A program made the position numbers and the translations under genes. The notes below the pieces were generated by a model. The model saw only the letters and a program-made list of their open reading frames with translations, searched no databases and was not told where the DNA came from. 64,000 bases of DNA, taken from positions 267,777-331,776 of the IMG/VR virus record IMGVR_UViG_3300047445_000186. One strand, written 5' to 3'. Below, one piece after another: positions 56,801 to 64,000 of this stretch; within the stretch, counting starts at the first letter, position 1, and each line of letters opens with the position of its first letter.

Positions 56801-59800
56801 CGTGCCGACGACCTGCGCATTGAAGTGCACATCGGTGTTCAAGTCGTCAATGCTGAACCAACGGTTTTCATCAGTCGAGTCGATCACGGTGAACGCATTG
56901 AAGTCTGTTGGGATCGACACTGGGTCGAAAATCAGCTTCGTGAACTGCGTCAGAGTGTCATCAACCGAGAGGCGGAGCTCTGGGAAGATCTTCGAACGGC
57001 TGTCACCGTACTCAGCAACCTTGTACGCCCAGTACTCGTCGAGCTTGGCGTCTTGGAAGCGATCATTGTTCAGGAATGCGTCGATCGATGCGTTCGTACC
57101 CTTCATCTGGATCAGACCACGCCAGAAGTTGAACTGCGAACGATCAGTCAGATCGAGATCGGCCATGTACTGCTTTGGCGTGAAGCCGAGAAGCGCGAGC
57201 GCGTGACGTGTCGACAGTTCATCTTCGAACGCATGATCTGGATCGTAGTACTGAGCGATCTTGTCAGCGCTGGACTGCAGATTGCGCTTCACTTCGTTAC
57301 CAACGAGGTAGTGACCGCCGAATTCTGGACGCAGCGAGTTCGATCCTTGACGACGGCCGTTCAGCTTGATCGTCACGATGCGAGCACCAGAGAACGGATC
57401 GTAAATCAGGCCTTCACCAGTGGATGGCGACATCAGATTGCTGAACACGAACAGGTGCTCGTACTCATCAACTTGTGCGTGCACCGAGAACATCGGAACC
57501 TTTGCGCTGATCATCGACTTACCACGTGAACGCAGGATCGTCAGATCATCGGTGTTCATCTTCGCGCCAAGCACGTCGAACACGCCTGGATTTGCACGGA
57601 CGTCGAACAGAGCGGTGTCAAAGTACTGGCTGAGCAGACCGACGTCTTGCTCGACCCAGAGCTTGTCCATGAATGGAACAAGCACGTGACCTTGGTTCAG
57701 CTGAATACCCGTGTAAACGGCGTCGACGAACTTTTCAATTTCGAGCTGCCAATTGCGGATACGGCCAGTCGCCTTATCGGTGTTACCACCTTCTTCGTCT
57801 TGGAAGCGCCAGCCATCAGCCTCGAGCTTCTGCGAGTAACCGAACAGGAAGTCAACGACGTTCTGCAGACCAGTGATCGTCAGTGGAAGCTGAGTGCTTG
57901 TCGTTCCAGCGATCTTTGTTGGCTGTGTCCAAGTACGATCGGTGTGCGCCGAGCTCAAGGCCTTGAACGTGACTTCGTCGCCAGAAGTGAACGTGAAGTA
58001 CTCGATGCCGAGGAAGCGTGGGTTGTATCCTTCAACGCGGAAGATCCAGTCTTGACCAGCGTTCGATGGGACACGACCAGCAGGTGTCGTGTTCTCTGGG
58101 AGAGCCGAGCCGAGCTGAACAACCGTGATACGCAGACCTTGGACCCAGATGTCGCGAGCGAATGGCGAGCGCTTGAAGCGGAGCTCATAAGCCGACTCTG
58201 GGATTGCGTCTACGTCAGTGAACACGCGCAGATCGTCTGTCGAAACAAGACCACCAGCGCGGTAACCGAGATTCACATCCCAGCCGCGGTAAGCTTGGAT
58301 CGCGTAACCTTGAGCGGTGTCAACAGATGAACCACGCAGAGCTTGCGTGAAGATCTGACCGAACCCGTGGAACTGCGCGTACGAAGCTTGATCGAACGTG
58401 ACCAGCAGACCAGAGCCATCGGCATTCGCCGTGATGTTGAACGTGTCACCGATCCGGAAAGGCTTGCCTTCGTCTTCAATCAGAACGTCGTTCAGCGTGT
58501 ATCCAGCACCAGTGATAGTACCAAGTTCGCCTTCATTCACGTACCCAATCACGGTGCCGTCCTTAGCACGGACCGTGAACGAGAACTTACGACCTTCAGC
58601 GTATCCAGAGTGCTTGATCGTCAGATCAATTGCCTTTGGACCAGACAGCGAAGACATCGTGAACGGTGTCTTGCGAGCGACTGAGCGGATCGCATCACCT
58701 TGCAGGCGGAAACGTGGGTGTCCTGGAACAGCGATGTCAAAACCATCGTACAGGATACCATCAACTTCAACCCACTCAAAGCCCCAGCAGTGACCAAGCC
58801 ATGCCATTGGATCTTTGCGGAACAGAGCACGAGTCAGGGCGTACCGGAACTCGATCGAGCGGAGCCAGACCGTTTCAACTGGAGAACCTTCGCCGAACAG
58901 GTATGGATCGGCTGGGCTGAGCGGCAGACTGTTCGTCAGAGCGTTCGCCGCTTGTGGCGAGGAAGCATTCACGTACGGCGACAGGAGCGCGTCGTTCACA
59001 GTGTTCACTGAGAGCTTCAGACCTGGACGAGCTGCCTTGATGTCGTTCCACATCGAGAGCTTCCACGAGCGGACCTGTTCGAACAGAACATCTTCGAACG
59101 GCGAGTTCACGTCCTGCATCAGGACCCACTGTGTACCGCTGAATTGCTGACCAGTACCGATCGTGACGACCGTCTTGGCGACCAGCGGAGTCGCAGCACG
59201 GCTCCAGGCACCAGAGGAAACGATCCACAGACCATTGTTCGAAGCAGCAGCTTCGGAGGCAAGCAGAAGAACATCACCGTTCAAGAGGTTCTTGCCATCA
59301 ACCGTTGGCAGACCATTCAGTGGCGTGCCAGTTGGAGCTTCGGACCAGAGGACTGCCTTTGCGGTCACACCGATGTAACCAAGCGAAGGGTTCTGAACCA
59401 TTGCCTGAGTGACGTTCGCCTTGTACAGAGTGTTCCAGTCCGTTGGCTTCACTGCGAAACCAAGGAGCTTCCATGGCTCGAGATTCGGACGGGAAGTAGG
59501 AATCACACCAGCGATCGAAGCTTGGTGCGCCTTCAGTGCGTCGAACCAGCGAGCTGGCATACCGAGCGAGCTGTAGTTCCACGTGAACGCGTCAGTGGAA
59601 ACGTAGTTCGGTGCTGTTGGATCGTACTTGTTCGCAGCTGCCCATGAAGCGAGCTCACGCTGGAGCTCATCCTTCAGAGGACCAGTCAGGGCCGTTTGAA
59701 CTTCTTGTTCATTGAAGTACGTTCTGTGCTGAGCATTGATCCCAGTGTACAGACGGTTCTCAACTTCAAGGAGAACGCCGTTCAGCAGGATCGCTGGATC

Positions 59801-62695
59801 GAGAGCGACCCATGGTGCAAGCAGATTCGACTCTGGCTGCCACAGAGCGCCGTCCCAGACGTTCAGCTCGTTCGTTGCACGATTGTACCAGTGTTGACCA
59901 ACTGCCGAAGCAACTGGAGCGATCATACCGTCGCTCAGAACGTTGAACGCACGGAGCTCATTGCCGTTCGCTGCTGGGTAAATCCAGAGCTCACCACGGT
60001 GCGGTGCCGTTGGAGGAACAGTCGTGAATGAACCAACGGCTGGAGTGAACGTGCCATCTGCGCGTTTGATCAGCATTCCTGGCGACAGCATACGGTCACG
60101 GAATTCTTGCGTGAATCGGTAGATCGGCGACAGGTGACCGTCATGGTGACGGAAGAGTTCAGTGCCGAGCTCGTTGTCGAACACGACGCCTGGCTTGACC
60201 AGTGGAGTCACGCCAAGCATTGGGAGCGTAGCTGGGAAACCGATCACTGGTGATGTGCTGTCGAACAGAACAGTGCGGACATCATTGTCCTTTGCACGAA
60301 CGGAGAGCAGGTAGTCAGCGAGCTTTGAAGGCGAAGTCAGAACACCTTCATTACCGAAGAACTGCACGAGCTCCTTCAGGTAAAGATCAACAACCGAGTT
60401 CAGAGCCGATTCGTACTTGCGCTGAGCGAAGTCAACGATCGACAGTGGTGTGTTGTCACGCTGCATCAGCAGAGCGGCAAGCAGATTTTGTTGCTCGGAC
60501 CAGAGCTTGATCGAACCACCGAACGCGTTGTCCTGGGTCTGACCGATCTGATTCACGAGGATACCACGGAAGTGGCTGTACAGCGTACCTTCTGGGATTG
60601 CATCGCCATTATCCGCAGCGACGTTGTTGTACAACATCCGCGGAATCTGCCATGCACCAATGCCTGCTGCGTCACCATTCGCACCTTCGAACAGGTCATA
60701 GATCTGTTCGTCAGTATCACGGTAAACGTACCGAGCGCTCTCGAAATTACCAACCGCAAATTGGAACTTGTCGCCAGTCTTGAATGGAATCGAACCAGAC
60801 AGGATCATCGCGGAGAACAGACCATTGCTGTACGGTGTGTTCACGCCGATCGTAGAAAGATTGTCAGGCAAGCTCTTCATCTTCGAGCCAGTCACAGAGA
60901 ACGTGGTCGCGCTCGTTGCTTCGAGCGTCCAGATCTGCTGCGCGCTGAATGGATCAATCACTTGAACATCGAACAGACCATTCCCGTCGCCAGTGAATGA
61001 CTGAGAAGTGATCTCGGCGGACGAGTGGCCTGGATGCCAGATCGAGTGCAGTGCACCGTCGATCGTCTTGTAGAACAGGAGATTGTTTCCTTCTTCGATC
61101 AGACCGTGTCCGAACAAGAAGTCAGAGGATGCGTTCGAGGCATGAGCGACGCGGCGCTGCAGAGCAGGATCGATATCAGCCGTTGGGTCTTCCATGTAGA
61201 AGAAGATTGGCGACACGAGCGATGCATGCGAACCATCGTACCGGTACAAGTCGAACTGTGGAGCCTGATTGAAATCAGTCTTCTGTTGTTCGTACTCAGT
61301 GCCACCGACATCAGTTGGCGTACCCACTGCTTCAGCGTGCGGCTGAGTTGGAGCGGCCATGCGACCAACGATACCCGAGTTCTCAATGAAGAACCGAGTG
61401 TTCAGCTTCAGGTTCGAGTTGTACTCAATGATCGGACGCGTAGCTTGGATGATCTTCGACAGATCGAGACCAGCGGCAGTCGCTTCATCACGGTGCATCC
61501 AGAAGTTCGACTCTTGCCAGTCGTTCGTGTTCGACACAGAGGTCGAGCCGTCAGCGACCCAGATGCCGGATGCTTGCGCAACGTACAGAGTTTCACGATT
61601 ACGATCAAAAACGCGCGCACCATCAGTTGTGCTTGGGTAATCAGCAGCGCGAACGAACGCACCTGGTTTCACAACATAAATGCCGTTATCGACAGAGGCG
61701 CCTTGGTTCTTTACAAGGATACGATCGTTCTCTTTGATCTGAACGCCATCAATCACTTGGTACAGATCGAGCGAGTCGACTGCATTGATCTTGCCCTTCA
61801 CACCCGGGCCGACGTTCGGCGTCACACCGTACGTGCTCGACAGGAATGGGGCTGCGATCGTGAAGCTATCGCCAGCAGCGAAGCTTTCGTTACCGATCCA
61901 AACACCGTCACCGTCATAGATTGGATCGCGAATGATCTTGAACGTCAGGAGAGCTTCACCAGCGCCAGACGCCATGAAGTTCACGGTGTACGTCGAGGAT
62001 TGCTCAGCTACGATCGTTGGGAGAGTGTATGACTGAACGATTTCGTCTGGAGCCAGGCCAGCACCCGAAGCCGTCACAGTGAAGTGTGTGCTGTCAGAGA
62101 AAGCGACGACCCACGACTGTGCGTAGAAACCAGTGCCAGTCAGAACGATCGCGCGTGTCGTTCCTGCAACAACGTTCAGCTTGTCGAGATCGGTCGCCTT
62201 TGGGGCCGAGATCGTGTAGTATTCTGGCGCGAGCGATGGATTCCATGCGAGCGCTGGCGTATTAGGCAGCGACTTCGCGACCCAGTAGTAGTTGAAGAAG
62301 TTCGTGAACCGATCGAAGTTGATCGGTGGCGCGTAGTTGTTCCCTTGGGAGTACAACCACGAGGACTGATCTTCCGAGATCCCAAGGACTTCAGCCTTGC
62401 GGATCAGATCCTGTGCAGTGAACGAGTACGTCTCATTTCCGACCTTGAACGAGAACACAGGCACAAGGGCGTTCACGTCACGCTCTGGATTCGACTGCGG
62501 AACCTTTGGGGTACGGTCGTCTGGGGCCGATGGCTTGCGACCAACGTAACCGTACAGAGGTACCGCTTCATCCTTCGTCAGGAAGCGATTGAACAGATTA
62601 TCAATCAGCGACGTGATCATCGGGTTCCGAAGGTTCTTCGGAACGAGATTCGTCATATCCTGGAAGGGGAGGGAGTAGTCTTTCATGAGCTTCAT
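53813..62695 (-). CDS. Giant baseplate wedge-like virion protein, 2960 aa
   Basis: PPINFDRF.N..NYYW, QATRPIIEY, PWKLLGF, MKGT, EYWA..EYG, WG..EVG.VWWD, YYFWVKN, VFKTS; late promoter on - strand at 62717-62722. Confidence 0.8.
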   Translation of the reverse strand: MKLMKDYSLPFQDMTNLVPKNLRNPMITSLIDNLFNRFLTKDEAVPLYGYVGRKPSAPDDRTPKVPQSNPERDVNALVPVFSFKVGNETYSFTAQDLIRKAEVLGISEDQSSWLYSQGNNYAPPINFDRFTNFFNYYWVAKSLPNTPALAWNPSLAPEYYTISAPKATDLDKLNVVAGTTRAIVLTGTGFYAQSWVVAFSDSTHFTVTASGAGLAPDEIVQSYTLPTIVAEQSSTYTVNFMASGAGEALLTFKIIRDPIYDGDGVWIGNESFAAGDSFTIAAPFLSSTYGVTPNVGPGVKGKINAVDSLDLYQVIDGVQIKENDRILVKNQGASVDNGIYVVKPGAFVRAADYPSTTDGARVFDRNRETLYVAQASGIWVADGSTSVSNTNDWQESNFWMHRDEATAAGLDLSKIIQATRPIIEYNSNLKLNTRFFIENSGIVGRMAAPTQPHAEAVGTPTDVGGTEYEQQKTDFNQAPQFDLYRYDGSHASLVSPIFFYMEDPTADIDPALQRRVAHASNASSDFLFGHGLIEEGNNLLFYKTIDGALHSIWHPGHSSAEITSQSFTGDGNGLFDVQVIDPFSAQQIWTLEATSATTFSVTGSKMKSLPDNLSTIGVNTPYSNGLFSAMILSGSIPFKTGDKFQFAVGNFESARYVYRDTDEQIYDLFEGANGDAAGIGAWQIPRMLYNNVAADNGDAIPEGTLYSHFRGILVNQIGQTQDNAFGGSIKLWSEQQNLLAALLMQRDNTPLSIVDFAQRKYESALNSVVDLYLKELVQFFGNEGVLTSPSKLADYLLSVRAKDNDVRTVLFDSTSPVIGFPATLPMLGVTPLVKPGVVFDNELGTELFRHHDGHLSPIYRFTQEFRDRMLSPGMLIKRADGTFTPAVGSFTTVPPTAPHRGELWIYPAANGNELRAFNVLSDGMIAPVASAVGQHWYNRATNELNVWDGALWQPESNLLAPWVALDPAILLNGVLLEVENRLYTGINAQHRTYFNEQEVQTALTGPLKDELQRELASWAAANKYDPTAPNYVSTDAFTWNYSSLGMPARWFDALKAHQASIAGVIPTSRPNLEPWKLLGFAVKPTDWNTLYKANVTQAMVQNPSLGYIGVTAKAVLWSEAPTGTPLNGLPTVDGKNLLNGDVLLLASEAAASNNGLWIVSSGAWSRAATPLVAKTVVTIGTGQQFSGTQWVLMQDVNSPFEDVLFEQVRSWKLSMWNDIKAARPGLKLSVNTVNDALLSPYVNASSPQAANALTNSLPLSPADPYLFGEGSPVETVWLRSIEFRYALTRALFRKDPMAWLGHCWGFEWVEVDGILYDGFDIAVPGHPRFRLQGDAIRSVARKTPFTMSSLSGPKAIDLTIKHSGYAEGRKFSFTVRAKDGTVIGYVNEGELGTITGAGYTLNDVLIEDEGKPFRIGDTFNITANADGSGLLVTFDQASYAQFHGFGQIFTQALRGSSVDTAQGYAIQAYRGWDVNLGYRAGGLVSTDDLRVFTDVDAIPESAYELRFKRSPFARDIWVQGLRITVVQLGSALPENTTPAGRVPSNAGQDWIFRVEGYNPRFLGIEYFTFTSGDEVTFKALSSAHTDRTWTQPTKIAGTTSTQLPLTITGLQNVVDFLFGYSQKLEADGWRFQDEEGGNTDKATGRIRNWQLEIEKFVDAVYTGIQLNQGHVLVPFMDKLWVEQDVGLLSQYFDTALFDVRANPGVFDVLGAKMNTDDLTILRSRGKSMISAKVPMFSVHAQVDEYEHLFVFSNLMSPSTGEGLIYDPFSGARIVTIKLNGRRQGSNSLRPEFGGHYLVGNEVKRNLQSSADKIAQYYDPDHAFEDELSTRHALALLGFTPKQYMADLDLTDRSQFNFWRGLIQMKGTNASIDAFLNNDRFQDAKLDEYWAYKVAEYGDSRSKIFPELRLSVDDTLTQFTKLIFDPVSIPTDFNAFTVIDSTDENRWFSIDDLNTDVHFNAQVVGTFTKVVQAGDLIKLPFIADELTTAGIAADRVNMTTLIASEDGEITVTGYGPATPKFNPVKLFNYVAAELIEEIPVWHPAYDQHTPVALESVNIISTLDPARYNVSTQVVGNNNYDPLHMWGAKEVGRVWWDTTNLDYVPYYDTMIFQTVDERLSRWGTMTDFATMDVVEWVESNVPPAEYNAQALIDAGNADLDVRTKADGQVYGAKTYSRERVWNTRAIAWSKAGVAIEAAHPSFNSSFQSNLTFTNDGLIMLESGTFAQYGITGGMRVGAWQEDETVLRPLSEYNVIGEFTKFVSYEGDLFTPVVHSLDTLQAVVDLSVLEHTEAVGELLFTAEPVVESLVPASNGAQTVYTHLQAVPASTWTIVHDMGSTAVQVSLYDGMNQVVLPDEITVVDLNTVIVTFSSNTDGHAIVLTGSTGSDWDVSTYLRVMEVDSGQTDHILIRKDRGVDPSNADSPLHFATFDAVAGEQYTFEVPSFGLQITVKVLNSGTFPSDLLVRLIAEALAGSVKLNDAAKVELVVPMVENDLVMDGSTLSNDPTDPLYTLNNGVGWRAWAVPTQAQLDADARVPNSSWFPYVGPWYAFPSAPVNIVQDAASTTPYMLNDGTQIDRYKTTWAAWSELKSTMTHEVATSTGQMVFTLPAGVTNDRVSVYVNGVSQLSGTYKLVGRTLTVLSVQSGSEVVLIVRAVNPSAADLAFDPAIADNLLIQRQYKLDYQYVAVPIRNENGQISTTKYYFWVKNRSTAAHGKNLSVKAVSQLLINGPSNYLTFQHISNSAPFFYDAITISGLSYIVTKDDAFKLRFTRNFTLRDDPNQLDLKNTHVEWSLIRPGQRTKVPEVLWQKMVNTACGKDSAGSTIPSARRVSYDERNGTRTQFGFGSDQVLAPTEMVRGTLLFTILNTKLVDDSGQIPIPDYMNFLDFNGSDTWFETVESTRGTLTRIWNEGKVSQINELFFAVLEDICAANYEMTDVFKTSRLSAYSIKVVRPSPIAPAYE

Positions 62696-62737
62696 GCGCG
62701 TGTAATCACAGTTCGGTATTTAGACCCGTGGCAAAAG

Positions 62738-62796
62738 TGTAAAAATTCACATCCCGTTACAGATTGGAGTTCGGGATGTAGTACAATTCATCCATA
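62738..62796 (+). promoter_or_regulatory. Early promoter module, divergent from late promoter
   Basis: GTTACAGATT 62756-62765; GGATGTAGTACAATTCATCC. Confidence 0.75.
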
Positions 62797-62810
62797 CCAC
62801 GGAGCTGAAC

Positions 62811-63137
62811 ATGCAAATAACCAAGGAATTCCAAGTTCGATACACAACCCCGCGTGGTTCGAGCTGCTCTTGGCGAGACCTGCCGCTGCCGGCCCGGGAC
62901 ACCGATGACCTCGCTGCCAAGGTGAAGAGCGGCGAAGCAACCGAGATCATGCGCAGCCTGGTCGAAACGGAAATCTCCGGCACCACGGCCCTCGCAATCC
63001 GAACGCTGAGCTACGAGTTCGTGTCGTATGACGTCGGCATCCTGAAGGTCAAGATCGAGTACCTGCTCTGGGACATCCAGATGGACCGACCGCACGGCTG
63101 CATCGATCAATCCGCAACTTTCAGCTTCATGGACTAA
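62811..63137 (+). CDS. Early hypothetical protein
   Basis: SD GGAG. Confidence 0.7.
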   Translation: MQITKEFQVRYTTPRGSSCSWRDLPLPARDTDDLAAKVKSGEATEIMRSLVETEISGTTALAIRTLSYEFVSYDVGILKVKIEYLLWDIQMDRPHGCIDQSATFSFMD

Positions 63138-63146
63138 GGAGAAGAA

Positions 63147-63392
63147 ATGGCAACTGAATTCATCCGCTACGGCACCGGCTCCAAAGGTGGCGCGCACTTC
63201 GTGACAGTCGTCTTCCGTGAAGACGGTAAGGAAATCACGCGCAGACTGACGGGTTCCACCGGCGACGCTATGGAATTCGACAATCCAACGACGGCTGCCT
63301 GCGTCGCCACCCATCTGACATGGGCTCGCGAAGCCGAACGAAAAGAAGTGCAGAACCAGTTTCGCCGAGCGCTCGGCATCGTGGATCTGTGA
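63147..63392 (+). CDS. Early hypothetical protein
   Basis: SD TAAGGAG. Confidence 0.7.
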   Translation: MATEFIRYGTGSKGGAHFVTVVFREDGKEITRRLTGSTGDAMEFDNPTTAACVATHLTWAREAERKEVQNQFRRALGIVDL

Positions 63393-63415
63393 CATCAAAA
63401 CAAGAGGAGAACATC

Positions 63416-63790
63416 ATGAACGACAAACGTGAAGTGACGGAGTTCGATCTCCGTGCCGAAGAGTTCAAGCACCCGCAAGTGAAGCCGGAAGACTTCGAGT
63501 TCCGCGGCGATGGCAAGATCGTCCGCAAGGATCGCTGGGAGGTAGGCATCCGCACGATCGCTGGCCTGTTCGGCTGCTCTCGCGAGTTCGAGATCGATGA
63601 CCTCGTCGAGAAGGTCGAGCGGCTCACGAACCTCGATCTGGAGGAGCTGCACGAGAAGCTGGCCGAAACCCAGCGCGTGTTGATGGACCAAGGCCTAACT
63701 GAAGCCGGCATCAAGCACGCGACCGATAATCTGGACGAAAGCATTCAGGCCGTGTGGGTCGCCCGCGGCATCGTCGACGTGGCAGACTGA
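63416..63790 (+). CDS. Early hypothetical protein
   Basis: SD GAGGAG; EFRGDGKIVRKDRWE motif. Confidence 0.7.
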   Translation: MNDKREVTEFDLRAEEFKHPQVKPEDFEFRGDGKIVRKDRWEVGIRTIAGLFGCSREFEIDDLVEKVERLTNLDLEELHEKLAETQRVLMDQGLTEAGIKHATDNLDESIQAVWVARGIVDVAD

Positions 63791-64000
63791 TGGCACTCCC
63801 GACCAAGACAGCGAAGGAGCTGTCGAATCTGATCAATCAGATGCTGTGCGGGATGGATGCACTCGCGCGAGCCGAGGCCCGGGACCCGCAGGTTCCAGGC
63901 GACATTCGGTACTGGTACGAGTACCGACTGAAGGCCGAGCGCGATCTTCAAGCGCTCGGAATCCATCTGGCTGCCCCACTGGAGTTAATAGAGAATTCAA
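63790..64000 (+). CDS. Hypothetical protein, 3'-truncated by window end
   Basis: TGATG coupling; MALPTKTAKE... open to the end of the window. Confidence 0.55.
   Translation, partial: MALPTKTAKELSNLINQMLCGMDALARAEARDPQVPGDIRYWYEYRLKAERDLQALGIHLAAPLELIENS

Noticed and set aside
54335-57529. 1064-aa + strand ORF (and 48779..50290, 33870..35087, 31399..32319 and similar)
   Set aside because: Antisense shadows of strongly codon-biased real genes; no SD, motifs or protein-like composition
1-64000. Stop-codon reassignment (alternative genetic code)
   Set aside because: Core genes (polymerase, helicase, 2960-aa protein) are full length under code 11 with dense coding

Overview
A 64 kb segment of a large lytic myovirus genome (jumbo-phage-like, with T4-superfamily-style replication and late transcription). 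The + strand carries nucleotide/RNA-processing genes (Thg1-like, P-loop kinase, DEDDh exonuclease, cyclic-phosphate receiver, Nudix) and a replication set (DsbA-like, family B DNA polymerase, sliding clamp, RNase H/5'-3' exonuclease, primase, DnaB-like helicase, PD-(D/E)XK nuclease). It also carries two tandem two-gene tail-fibre cassettes plus a third orphan paralog, late genes with putative capsid-targeting N-termini (including kinase-like, GNAT-like and ligase-like proteins), and three clusters of small early genes, one encoding a headless type IV prepilin-like peptide. The - strand (40.8-62.7 kb) carries virion and lysis genes: PAAR, M23+GH108 hydrolase, spanins, a fibre protein and 1601-aa and 2960-aa baseplate-like proteins. 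Three promoter classes can be read from the DNA: early GTTACAGATT..GGATG-N2-GTACAAT, middle CGTTACAAT (often leaderless) and late TAAATA, many of the last coupled to RBS-sequestering hairpins. I saw no tRNA, rRNA, CRISPR array, integrase or reverse transcriptase. All protein calls come from motif recognition by eye; no database search was run.
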